A stretch of 32,000 bases of DNA from Thermodesulfobacterium commune DSM 2178 (GTDB taxonomy: Bacteria > Desulfobacterota > Thermodesulfobacteria > Thermodesulfobacteriales > Thermodesulfobacteriaceae), in the NCBI RefSeq assembly GCF_000734015.1, contig NZ_CP008796.1, positions 1-32,000 on the forward strand. Direction: 5' to 3'. Shown piece after piece: positions 14,531 through 23,774 of this stretch; position 1 is the stretch's first letter, and every line of letters begins with the position of its first letter. The notes beneath the pieces are model-generated. The model was given only the letters and a program-made list of their open reading frames with translations, was not told the DNA's origin and did no database searches. Position numbers and translations under genes: made by a program.

Positions 14531-17500
14531 TTACTGGGCTGTTCTTTTACTCGCAAAAAATTCCTTTACCTGTTCGGCAAAAGCCTCTATCCTCATCCTG
14601 GTGCCAAGGGACTTCTGTCCGTCGCAAGGAACGGTAAGCACAGGTAACCTTTTCCCTTCTCCTTCTTTAATCCTTTTTAACAGGGCAGAAACTACATTCC
14701 CTGGCATACAGGCAAAAGGAATAACGTTTACTATTCCCGAAACCCCGTTATGGGTATACTCTACCGCCTTTCCTACAGAAAGCAACACCTCCCCTCCTTC
14801 ATACCTTATGTCCACATACCTTTGGGTAAGCCTCATCAGCTCCTCAACCGGCAACTCTTCAGCTGTGTCAAGAACATCTTTAAAAACAGATATAAACTTT
14901 TCTTCTTCCCACCTCAGGTATCTGCTTTCAAGCACATACCTGAAGTAGGTCTTAAAAAGTCCAAGCCTTTTAGCCCAGTTTTTTGAGGTATAGTTGATAA
15001 AATGGATCCATTCGGTGATAGGAGGAAGCCAGACCTCCAGACCTAAGTCTTCTAAAAAACTGTATAGGTCTTCGTTAGCAAACCGGTTGCTTCTGACATA
15101 GATCTCTCCTACCACCCCTACCTTGGGTTTTTTCCTGGTATCAACTTCTAAACCGGCAAACCGGTTTTTAAGGTCTAAGAGCACAGAAAGGAGATCTTCT
15201 CCTTTTTCTATGGCTTTTTCTATCTGATTAAGACCCTCTTGGTATAACTTTTCTACCTCTTGTTTGTCTTTCGCATATGGTCTTATTTCCCTAAGAAGTT
15301 TATTTAGCACGTCTACCGCTACTATCCCTTTCCAGGCAACCTTCATAAAGTTTCTGCCTAAAAGGTCTAAATCCTGGTAAAAACTCATGTCCTGTTGCAG
15401 AGAATAGACAGGAAGTTTAACGTTTAAGTCTCGTAAGATCTTCTGATGAAGTTTGTTGTACTGACCAAACCTGCAAGGCCCACCGCTGTTTGGCATAAAA
15501 AATACGCTTTTTTCAGGGTCAAAGTCTGGTTGATTTATCAGCTTGATGAGGTCCCCTGTGGTAAGGATGGTAGGATAGCACTCCTTGCCTGAGGTATACC
15601 TTCTCCCAAGCTCAAGGCTTTGTTCGTCTGGTTCTGGAAGCACCTTGGCCTCAACCCCGCAGGCTCTGAAAGCCGCTGCCAGGGCTACCGCATGGTCGCA
15701 CATGTAAGGAATGTAGATGGTCCTTTTTTCTTTGGGGGTTGCCTTAAGGAAAGTAAAACTTCTCTTTAGCTCGTAAGGTTTCACCTTATCCCTGATACTG
15801 TCTACAAAGGCCTCTAATCTTGTTACCACCCCAGCCTCAGCGCTGTGTTCATCTACCTCTATCTCTATGAAAGGTTTACCTCCCATCAGTTCCTCAAAAA
15901 AGTGCTGGATAAAAGAGTCTGGCCCACAAGAGAAGTTGGTAAAAAACACGGGAAAAAGGTTAGGGGTTTCCCTTATAAGATGGGCTGCCAGCAAAAACCT
16001 TTGCCCATATTCCCAGTACATCTCCGAAAGAGGTTCAAAGACCTTTGGATTGTCTAACTCTTCTAAAGGTAGCATGTCTACAGGCAGGCCGACTATACCT
16101 AATTTTTTAATTTTATAGTGTATGCCTAAGTTAGCACCTGGGTCAAAGGCATTGTAAGGCCTTCCTACGATGACAAGCACCACGTCCTCTTTAAACTGAG
16201 ACAAAATCTCTTTTCCTCTCTGTTTTAGCCAGTGATGAAACTCTCTCTGGGCTTCCTCTCCTATCTTCCAGGCCCTTTTAGCCTCTTTTTCTGAGACCCC
16301 AAGCATCCTTGCCAGGTCTTTAACTTCCTGGTTTATCAAAAAAGCAGGACGCCCTAAGTGCAACACCGGATTTATTACCTTTACCCCAAGGTCTTCGAAC
16401 CTGAAGGTTGCAGGACTTATCCAAGGAACGCTCTGTACATAGGGACATACCTTGCCTACCTCAAAAGCCGGATGCTCAGGAGGAAGGTCGGTTATCTGCG
16501 GAAGAAAAAGGGTTTTAACCCCTTTGTCTAAAAGCTCTTTGATATGCCCTATGGCTATCTTTATAGGAAAACAGGGCTCACCTGGGGTTATCTCACAGCC
16601 TACTTTGATGATTTTTTTAGAGGTCTGAGACGAAAGCACCACCTGATAACCTAACTCCTGAAAAAAGGTGGCAAAAAGAGGCAACCACTCATAAAACTGA
16701 AGGATAAGAGGAATACCGATGGTTTTGTCCTGGCTTTTTTCTTTTTCCACAGGTTTTACATAGGAGATAAGCTTTTCAAATCGCTCTAAGGTAAGGTTGG
16801 GGATGTTTTCCTGAGGTTTTCTCTGGTCAACCTCATACTTTTCGCACCTTCCTCCGTAGTAATAAGGGAGAGACCCATCTATCGTTACCCTGTGGATCTC
16901 ACACTGGTTAGGACATTCTTTGCACTCAAAGGCCTGGATCTGATAGTTAACCTTGGTTAGGTCAAACCCTTTAAACCGGGTTTGTCCCCGGGTTTCTTCC
17001 TTAGCAAGAAGGGCTACTCCAATAGCTCCTGTGACCTCATGGTGAGGAGGCACTATCACCGGTTTGCCAAGCACTTTTTCAAAGGCAGCCACCACCCCCT
17101 GGTTAAAAGCCACCGCCCCCTGGAAAAACACCTTTTTCCCTATTCTTCTGTCCTCTACCACCTTATTCAGGTAGTTATGCACTATGGCATAACAAAGCCC
17201 TGCAATCAGGTCTTCCTTAGGGAGGCCTTGCTGCTGGTAGTGTAAAAGGTCTGACTGCATAAAAACAGTGCATCTTTCTCCCAGCTTAAGCGGGGCTGAG
17301 CTCTTTAAGGCGATTTCTCCAAACTTTTCTATCGGGACCCCAAGCTTTACCGCCTGTTCCTGAAGAAAAGACCCTGTGCCTGCTGCACAGGCTTTGTTCA
17401 TCGTAAAGTCTGAGATGGTTCCATTTTCTAAGTATATATATTTAGAGTCTTGCCCTCCTATCTCAAAGATGGTGTCAACTTCTGGGTCTATGAAAAGGGC

Positions 17501-18733
17501 TCCGTAAGCCTGTGCGGTGATCTCATTTCTTACGACATCAGCCCCGATAAAGTCTCCTATCAGGTATCTTCCAGAACCTGTGGTCCCAACACCTTTTACC
17601 ACCACGTTTTCCGGAAGCTGTTTTTTTAACTCTAAAAGGCCTTTTTTGATGCTTTCAAGAGGTTTTCCCTGATGAAGAAGATAAACCTTGGCTATAAGTT
17701 TTCCTTCCTGGTTTATGGCAACAAGCTTGGTGCTTACCGACCCCACATCCACTCCAAGCCATACCTCCTGGGGTTTTCCCGGTGAGGCGGTAGTTTCTAT
17801 CAAAAACCTCTGTTTAAGCCTTTCTGAGATCTCAAGCGACTTAAAAGGTGTTAACACCTCATACCTTGGCGGAGAATAGGTTCTTTCTTTAAGATAGGCC
17901 CTTAAGAGGTCAGACCCTCGATATTCTGATGCGGCTTTACCTTCAAGCCCATAGAGGGCAGCCCCTATCGCCCCCATGATCCTGAAATGCTCAGGTATGA
18001 TAAGCTCATCGTCCTTTAGTCTGAAGATTTCCCTTATCGCCCTTCTTACCCCTAAGTTTGCCGCAACCCCTCCCTGAAAAACCAAAGGAGGAAGGATCTC
18101 CCTTCCCTTGGCCAAGTTGCTTCTCAGGTTTCTGATGATGGCAAAACAAAGCCCTGCGATGATTTCCTGGTCAGGCACCGCTGCCTGCTGAAGGTGTATC
18201 ATGTCAGATTTGGCAAAAACGGTGCATCTTCCTGCTATTCTTGGTACATTTTGAGCCTCTACAGCAAGCCGAGAAAACTCTTCTATCGTATACCCAAGCC
18301 TTGCAGCCTGTTGCTCTAAAAAAGAACCTGTACCTGCAGCACACAGGGTGTTTAACGCAAAGTCCTCTATCTCAGGCACACCCCTTTCATGGGTGATGAA
18401 AATAAGCTTTGAGTCCTCGCCTCCGATGTCTATGATCGTCTTTACCTCAGGATGAAAAAAGGTTGCTGCCTTGGCATGAGCCATCACCTCGTTTACAAAG
18501 GCACACCCAAGGATCTGAGAGATGGTTTTACCAGCCGTTCCGGTGCAGGTAATCCCAGAGAGACTTTCTTTTCCAAACCCCTTTTCCACCTCGGTTAAAA
18601 GCCTTTCTGCCGTTTCTATAGGCTGACCGTGGGTTTTTTCGTATCTCCAGAAAAGAAGGTTTTTGTTGTCATCAAGGACTGCTACCTTGGCTGTCCCTGA
18701 CCCTACGTCAAGCCCTACATATCGTGTCATCAA
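14531..18733 (-). CDS. Giant fusion protein: two BcrAD/BadFG-type (2-hydroxyacyl-CoA dehydratase activase-like) ATPase modules plus a large dehydratase-component-like C-terminal region
   Basis: The motifs GLDVGSGTAKV ... CAAGTGSFLEQQA and GVDVGSVSTKL ... CAAGTGSFLQEQA each occur once (the tandem activase modules). A Cys-rich linker reads FECKECPNQCEIH. The whole 1400 aa forms one uninterrupted ORF. Confidence 0.85.
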   Translation of the reverse strand: MMTRYVGLDVGSGTAKVAVLDDNKNLLFWRYEKTHGQPIETAERLLTEVEKGFGKESLSGITCTGTAGKTISQILGCAFVNEVMAHAKAATFFHPEVKTIIDIGGEDSKLIFITHERGVPEIEDFALNTLCAAGTGSFLEQQAARLGYTIEEFSRLAVEAQNVPRIAGRCTVFAKSDMIHLQQAAVPDQEIIAGLCFAIIRNLRSNLAKGREILPPLVFQGGVAANLGVRRAIREIFRLKDDELIIPEHFRIMGAIGAALYGLEGKAASEYRGSDLLRAYLKERTYSPPRYEVLTPFKSLEISERLKQRFLIETTASPGKPQEVWLGVDVGSVSTKLVAINQEGKLIAKVYLLHQGKPLESIKKGLLELKKQLPENVVVKGVGTTGSGRYLIGDFIGADVVRNEITAQAYGALFIDPEVDTIFEIGGQDSKYIYLENGTISDFTMNKACAAGTGSFLQEQAVKLGVPIEKFGEIALKSSAPLKLGERCTVFMQSDLLHYQQQGLPKEDLIAGLCYAIVHNYLNKVVEDRRIGKKVFFQGAVAFNQGVVAAFEKVLGKPVIVPPHHEVTGAIGVALLAKEETRGQTRFKGFDLTKVNYQIQAFECKECPNQCEIHRVTIDGSLPYYYGGRCEKYEVDQRKPQENIPNLTLERFEKLISYVKPVEKEKSQDKTIGIPLILQFYEWLPLFATFFQELGYQVVLSSQTSKKIIKVGCEITPGEPCFPIKIAIGHIKELLDKGVKTLFLPQITDLPPEHPAFEVGKVCPYVQSVPWISPATFRFEDLGVKVINPVLHLGRPAFLINQEVKDLARMLGVSEKEAKRAWKIGEEAQREFHHWLKQRGKEILSQFKEDVVLVIVGRPYNAFDPGANLGIHYKIKKLGIVGLPVDMLPLEELDNPKVFEPLSEMYWEYGQRFLLAAHLIRETPNLFPVFFTNFSCGPDSFIQHFFEELMGGKPFIEIEVDEHSAEAGVVTRLEAFVDSIRDKVKPYELKRSFTFLKATPKEKRTIYIPYMCDHAVALAAAFRACGVEAKVLPEPDEQSLELGRRYTSGKECYPTILTTGDLIKLINQPDFDPEKSVFFMPNSGGPCRFGQYNKLHQKILRDLNVKLPVYSLQQDMSFYQDLDLLGRNFMKVAWKGIVAVDVLNKLLREIRPYAKDKQEVEKLYQEGLNQIEKAIEKGEDLLSVLLDLKNRFAGLEVDTRKKPKVGVVGEIYVRSNRFANEDLYSFLEDLGLEVWLPPITEWIHFINYTSKNWAKRLGLFKTYFRYVLESRYLRWEEEKFISVFKDVLDTAEELPVEELMRLTQRYVDIRYEGGEVLLSVGKAVEYTHNGVSGIVNVIPFACMPGNVVSALLKRIKEGEGKRLPVLTVPCDGQKSLGTRMRIEAFAEQVKEFFASKRTAQ

Positions 18734-18929
18734 ACACCCCCTTTAAGGGTTTTAAACCTTTTGATTTAAAAATTCTCCCAGTTTAAATTTTAAGTAAATT
18801 TTTTTAAGAGTAAAGTTTTAAAAAGTTTGGTCTTTTGGTGGCAAGTTTTTTGATTGTTTATAAGGCTTAGCGTGGTAAAATAAAGATTTAGACCTTTCGG
18901 GGTGAAATCAGAGGGAAATCGGGGTTAAG

Positions 18930-20225
18930 GTGGAGGCTACAGTTAGGATAGAAAAGGTGGTTTTTGGGGGAGAGGGTTTAGGTAGGCTCTCTGACGGTAA
19001 GGTGCTTTTTGTGCCTTATTCCTTGCCTGGGGAACTGGTTAAGGTTCGGGTGGTTAAGGACTTAGGCGATTATGCCGAGGCTGAGATAGTGGATATCTTG
19101 GAGCCTTCTCCTGACAGAAGGTCTCCTCTTTGCCCATACTATGGGGTTTGCGGGGGTTGTCAGTTTCAGCATGCAACCTATCAAGCCCAGTTAAGCCTTA
19201 AACAGGCCATCCTTTTTGAAACCTTTGTGAGGGCTGGATGGAAGGAGGACATACCATTAGAAGGGGTGGTGCCCTCTCCTAAGGAGTTTTTTTATCGCAA
19301 CAGGCTCAGGCTTCATGTTGAAGCAGATGCCTTTAAGATGGGCTTTGTAAAAAGAAAGTCCCACGAGGTACTAAAAATAGAAAAGTGCTTTCTTGCAGAA
19401 GAGGTTTTAAACAAGGTGCTTTTTGATCTGTATCAAAGTCCTTCCTGGATAAGGCTTTCTGCCTACAGCAAAAGGGTAAAGATAGAGTCTTCTCCGTTAG
19501 AAGGCAAGGCTACCCTGATTTTCTGGACGGCTTTAAAGCCAGGTAAAGAGGACCTAAAAGAGCTTGCCTCACTTTCTAGTCTTAAGGCCTGTTTTTACTG
19601 GATGAAAGGGCGTCATCCAGAAGGCCCTTTCCCAGAAGAGGCCTCTTTTGGTGGAAGAAGACTTTTTAAAGGGTTAGACCACCTGGTTTACTACGTTCAG
19701 CCAGGGGTTTTTGTGCAGACCAACTGGGAGATAAACTTAGCTATCATGGACACCATCAGGTCCTGGCGCCTTGATTACGAAACTGTCCTTGACCTACATT
19801 GCGGGATGGGAAACTTTATCTTAGCCCTGATATCTCCTGAGACCACCAAAGCCCTCGGGGTAGACACAGACCTGAGGGCCATAGAAGACGGGCTTTACAC
19901 CGCCGAGAAAAACGGGATAGACGGAAGGCTTGACCTTCGTCAGATGAGCTCAACTGAAGCCCTATATCAGGCGATAAAACAGGGAGAAAGGTTTGACCTC
20001 GTTTTAGTTGACCCTCCTCGCGGAGGCTGTAAAGAGATCTTGAGGTTTCTACCTGAGGTAAACCAGAGGTATCTGGTTTATGTTTCTTGCGATGCTCCTA
20101 CCTTGGTAAGGGACCTTAAGATCTTAAGAGACCTGGGATATCTTCTTAAGAAGGTTTATCTTTTTGACATGTTTCCTCAGACCTATCATTTTGAGGTGCT
20201 TTGTCTTCTTGAGAGGAAAGGGTAA
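18930..20225 (+). CDS. rlmD: 23S rRNA (uracil-5-)-methyltransferase, RumA/RlmD family (TRAM domain, Fe-S cluster, SAM MTase)
   Basis: GTG start. TRAM-like N-terminus, Cys cluster CPYYGVCGGCQFQH, SAM motif LDLHCGMGNF, DPPRGG, and catalytic region VSCDAPT. Confidence 0.8.
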   Translation: MEATVRIEKVVFGGEGLGRLSDGKVLFVPYSLPGELVKVRVVKDLGDYAEAEIVDILEPSPDRRSPLCPYYGVCGGCQFQHATYQAQLSLKQAILFETFVRAGWKEDIPLEGVVPSPKEFFYRNRLRLHVEADAFKMGFVKRKSHEVLKIEKCFLAEEVLNKVLFDLYQSPSWIRLSAYSKRVKIESSPLEGKATLIFWTALKPGKEDLKELASLSSLKACFYWMKGRHPEGPFPEEASFGGRRLFKGLDHLVYYVQPGVFVQTNWEINLAIMDTIRSWRLDYETVLDLHCGMGNFILALISPETTKALGVDTDLRAIEDGLYTAEKNGIDGRLDLRQMSSTEALYQAIKQGERFDLVLVDPPRGGCKEILRFLPEVNQRYLVYVSCDAPTLVRDLKILRDLGYLLKKVYLFDMFPQTYHFEVLCLLERKG

Positions 20226-20970
20226 TCTCTTTTCCCAGCGCCCAGAGGAGTTGTCTGCAAAAACCCTGGATGATTTTTACCTCCTTTGAGGTAAGCTCAA
20301 GCCTTGAGAGAAATCTCCGGATGTTTGTGTGCCAAAGCACCTTGTTTTCATGAGGGATGTAGTCTATGGCTTCTAAGGTAGCCTCGATTATTTTATACAT
20401 GATGGTAAGTTCTTGCTGGGTTGCAAGCTGAGGTTTTGGGAAGATAGGATTGCTTGCATGCTGAAAGATTTCGTAAAGGATGACTACCACAGCCTGGGCT
20501 ACGTTTAAAGAGGCCTGCTCTGTGGTAGGGATGGTAACTACCTTATCACACAGCCCAAGGTGTTCGTTTGAAAGCCCAAACCTTTCGTTTCCAAAAAGAA
20601 TGGCGACCCTGTTTTTAACCGAAAGCTCACAGAGATAAGGGGCTATTTCCTTAGGGGTGTGATAAACCATCCTTCTTCTGCCAAGCCTTGCGGTGGTTCC
20701 AACCACGTATTGAAAGTCCCTTAACGCTTCCTCAAGGTCCTGAAAGACCTTCATGTTTTCTACTATTGGGAGGCCACCTTTGGTAGCCATGGCCCTTATT
20801 TTTTCCTGGTCAAGGCTTTCAGGGTTTACCACGATCAGGTTTGTCACCCCGAAGTTGGCACAGGCTCTGGCTGTAGCCCCGATGTTTTCAGGATACATCG
20901 GGTTTACCAGCACCACCGCCAAGTTTTCAAGGTTAGCCTTTTCAGGCTTGGCTACAGGACGTACTTGCAT
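20146..20970 (-). CDS. trmJ: SpoU/TrmH-class tRNA 2'-O-methyltransferase, TrmJ-like
   Basis: LAVVLVNPMYPENIGATARA, FGNERFGLSNE and IPT...SLNVAQAV motifs. The start is moved to Met-21 (20970) because the longer ORF overlaps tRNA-Phe. Confidence 0.75.
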   Translation of the reverse strand: MQVRPVAKPEKANLENLAVVLVNPMYPENIGATARACANFGVTNLIVVNPESLDQEKIRAMATKGGLPIVENMKVFQDLEEALRDFQYVVGTTARLGRRRMVYHTPKEIAPYLCELSVKNRVAILFGNERFGLSNEHLGLCDKVVTIPTTEQASLNVAQAVVVILYEIFQHASNPIFPKPQLATQQELTIMYKIIEATLEAIDYIPHENKVLWHTNIRRFLSRLELTSKEVKIIQGFCRQLLWALGKEITLSSQEDKAPQNDRSEETCQKDKPS

Positions 20971-21000
20971 CAGGACCTGAGGAAGAAAGAGATTTGGAGG

Positions 21001-21073
<73 letters not shown>

Positions 21074-21085
21074 GACCTGATATTA

Positions 21086-21114
21086 AACATACCCTAAAAT
21101 TGGACTTTTGTCAA
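21086..21114 (-). promoter_or_regulatory. Putative promoter for tRNA-Phe / trmJ
   Basis: On the minus strand: TTGACA (21114-21109), 17 nt spacer, TATGTT (21091-21086), about 12 nt upstream of the tRNA 5' end. Confidence 0.35.
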
Positions 21115-21426
21115 CTTTTTATCCCCTAAAAACTTACCAAATTTTTGGCAAAAAGTTTTTTTTCTACCCTTGCTCGAGCCTTTCTGTGAAAAATTTTTCC
21201 AGATGCCAGCCATCCTATAGATTGAAAGGTTGAAAAACCCTTAGTTTTGCCCTCCCAAAAGTCTTGCTAAAATTTAGTTTAAGAGTATATTTGGCAAGGT
21301 TTATTCTGAGTAATTTTTCCAAACATATTTTTTTTTAAAAAATATCTTGTAATAACTAAATTTTATATTAAAATAAGCTAAGTATATTTAAATAGATTAA
21401 AACAAACTTAAGAGGGGTGATGGGTT

Positions 21427-21882
21427 ATGTTTAAGCTTTCGACCAAGGGCAGGTATGCGGTAAGGGCGATGTATGAGATAGCCAAGGCTTATCCTAACGG
21501 GGTGACGTTGGAGGAGATTTCTGCCAGTCAAAACATCTCCCGGGTTTATTTGGCCCAGATTTTAAACCGGTTGCGTCAGTCAAGGCTTATCAAGTCTTCT
21601 CGTGGTCCTGGGGGAGGTTATGTTTTAAGAAAGCATCCAGACGAGGTTTCTCTTTATGAGATCCTTGAGCCTCTTGAGGGGCCTGGTTGTATTGCCTCCT
21701 GCATCGACCCGGGAGAGGGGTGTGAGGATGTGGAGGAGTGTGTGGCTTATCCTATCTGGAAAAAGATCGGGCAGTACATCGAATGCTTGCTTAGACAGGT
21801 CAAGCTGGGAGACCTGTTGAGGGTTGAGACTGAGAAGGACAAGAAAAAACTGGTGGAAACGATTACCGCTGGCTGTTGTTAA
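21427..21882 (+). CDS. Rrf2 family transcriptional regulator (IscR/NsrR-like, with a Cys-rich C-terminal half)
   Basis: MFKLSTKGRYAVRAMYEIA ... ISRVYLAQILNRLRQSRLIKSSRGPGGGYVL, followed by several Cys (CIASC, GCEDVEEC). Confidence 0.9.
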   Translation: MFKLSTKGRYAVRAMYEIAKAYPNGVTLEEISASQNISRVYLAQILNRLRQSRLIKSSRGPGGGYVLRKHPDEVSLYEILEPLEGPGCIASCIDPGEGCEDVEECVAYPIWKKIGQYIECLLRQVKLGDLLRVETEKDKKKLVETITAGCC

Positions 21883-21992
21883 GGCCTTGGTTTTGCCGCT
21901 GGTTTTTGAGGTTTTTGAGCCTTAAGTTTTTAAGGTTAGATGCTTCCTTAACCTAAAGAAGCGTTGATAGGGGATTTTTTTGAGGGTGAGAG

Positions 21993-22550
21993 ATGGGTGG
22001 GTGGTTTAATCAGGTTTTTTCTAAGGCTAAGAGGTTAAGTTTTCCGGTAGAGGATAGAAGGGTTTTAGAGGGTCTTTTGCCAGGGGAGCCTGTGGTTATC
22101 TCTGGCTGGGTTCTCTGTGGAAGGGATGCTACTCATCGCAGGATTCTTAAGGCTTTACGGGAGGAAGGGTTTCAGTTTGATTTTACCAACCAGGCGATGT
22201 ATTATGTGGGGCCAACTCCTGCACCAGAGGGGAAGGTGATCGGGGCTTGCGGGCCTACTACCTCAGGCAGGATGGATGCCTACATGGAAGACTTTCTCTC
22301 TCTTGGGGTTGCTGCAACCATCGGAAAGGGTAAGAGGAGCCTTAAGGTGGTTGAGGTTATGAAAAGGTATCAGGCGGTTTATCTTGCCACCTTTGGAGGG
22401 GCAGGGGCCTTTCTTTCTCAGTTTGTAGAAAAACTGGAGTTTATCGCCTGGGAAGACCTTGGGCCAGAGGCCTTCTTCAGGATAAAGGTAAGGGACTTTC
22501 CTACGGTGGTGATAAACACTGTTGCTGGGGAGGACTTTTATTCTTTTTGA
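21993..22550 (+). CDS. Fe-S hydro-lyase beta subunit (class I fumarate hydratase / L-tartrate dehydratase beta type)
   Basis: GRDATHRRI, YYVGPTPAPEGKVIGACGPTTSGRMD, IGKGKRS and LGPEA motifs. 185 aa. Confidence 0.8.
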   Translation: MGGWFNQVFSKAKRLSFPVEDRRVLEGLLPGEPVVISGWVLCGRDATHRRILKALREEGFQFDFTNQAMYYVGPTPAPEGKVIGACGPTTSGRMDAYMEDFLSLGVAATIGKGKRSLKVVEVMKRYQAVYLATFGGAGAFLSQFVEKLEFIAWEDLGPEAFFRIKVRDFPTVVINTVAGEDFYSF

Positions 22551-22657
22551 AGGTAAGGATATATAGCTTTGCGCCTTAAAAGAAGAGGTGTCTTAAGAGG
22601 TTTGGAAAAGGTTTATAAAAAGGTTTAAATCTTTTTGCGAGGTTTTTCTCCCGAGTT

Positions 22658-23443
22658 ATGAGCCAAAGTCAGGAGGAAGAAAAGCAGGCTTTTTTAGACC
22701 CTTACGGTCAGGTTCCCTTTTATCGTACCTTAGTTGCCACAGACCTCTGTAAGTTCCGTGTGGTTTACAAGCAGACAGACCTTCTGGTTCTGGCAGAAAA
22801 GGATTTGAGCTTAGAGGTGGGAAGGATTGTGAGGGAGGTAAGGCTTCCTCTTGAGGGTTATATCCTTGGGCATCCTGAGTTTTTGGTTAGTCTGAGTCCT
22901 TTGCCTGTTGACCCTGAGGCACCTGAGGTGGTTAGGGAGATGCTTTTTGCAGGGAGGGTGGCAGGGGTTGGGCCGATGGCGGCGGTGGCTGGGGTGATTG
23001 CAGAGAGGGTGGGAAGGCTTATCCTGGAGAGAGGGCTTAGCTCTCAGGTGGTGGTAGAAAACGGGGGAGATGTGTTTTTGTGGTTGAAAAAGGAGGCAAG
23101 GGTTTGTTTGTTTGCTGGCATTGATTCTCCCTTTTCTAACAGGGTGTGTGTGGTTGTGCCTGCCAGGTTTATGCCCTGTGGGGTTTGCACCTCATCAGGC
23201 AAGATCGGGCATAGTTTAAGTTTTGGCAAGGCTGACGCTATAACGGTTATCCATAAAAAGGCCTCGATAGCCGATGCCTTGGCCACAGCTCTGGGGAACC
23301 TTCTTAGAGAGGAAGGAGATGTGGATAAGGTTTTAAATCAGGCCAGGAAGGTGGAAGGGATTTTGGGGGTTGTGGGGGTTTTGGGAGAAAAACTTTTTGT
23401 TTGGGGAAAAGGCATAAGGCTTGAACCCCTCAATTTTTCTTAA
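22658..23443 (+). CDS. UPF0280 family protein (ApbE-superfamily-like)
   Basis: YRTLV...FRVVYKQTDLLVLAEKDL, GVGPMAAVAGVIAE, VVENGGDVFL, CTSSGKIGHSLSFGKADA. These motifs match my recollection of UPF0280. No clear RBS. Confidence 0.65.
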   Translation: MSQSQEEEKQAFLDPYGQVPFYRTLVATDLCKFRVVYKQTDLLVLAEKDLSLEVGRIVREVRLPLEGYILGHPEFLVSLSPLPVDPEAPEVVREMLFAGRVAGVGPMAAVAGVIAERVGRLILERGLSSQVVVENGGDVFLWLKKEARVCLFAGIDSPFSNRVCVVVPARFMPCGVCTSSGKIGHSLSFGKADAITVIHKKASIADALATALGNLLREEGDVDKVLNQARKVEGILGVVGVLGEKLFVWGKGIRLEPLNFS

Positions 23444-23573
23444 TCTAAAAATAGATATGGCTAAAAATTTAAGAAAAAAGGTTTATTTTGGCAAAAAAGG
23501 AAGAATGATAAGTATAATAGTTTTTAAAAGATATTTTTTGGGATTATTTAAGGAAAACTTGCTAAAATGCTTC

Positions 23574-23602
23574 TTGACAAAATCTCTTGTGTGTAGTATA
23601 AA
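23574..23602 (+). promoter_or_regulatory. Putative sigma70-type promoter (distal) upstream of the porin gene
   Basis: TTGACA (23574-23579), 17 nt spacer, TATAAA (23597-23602). Confidence 0.35.
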
Positions 23603-23672
23603 GCAAGGTATGGAATGTTATCTGTTCTTTGAAAGGATGTAGGGTTAGGAAGAAGGTTTGGTTTTTACAGGG

Positions 23673-23701
23673 TTGACAAAACGAGGTTTTATGTTTAATT
23701 T
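23673..23701 (+). promoter_or_regulatory. Putative sigma70-type promoter (proximal) upstream of the porin gene
   Basis: TTGACA (23673-23678), 17 nt spacer, TAATTT (23696-23701). Confidence 0.35.
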
Positions 23702-23774
23702 TTAACGAGGTGTTTGTTTTTTAAGGGTTTGAAAGTTAGGGTTTAAAAAAAAGAAAAAATAAAGGAGGTGTGGC

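Noticed and set aside
23421-23642. 73 aa ORF in the porin upstream region
   Set aside because: It lies in an AT-rich intergenic region, overlaps the promoter-like boxes, and has no RBS or recognisable motif.
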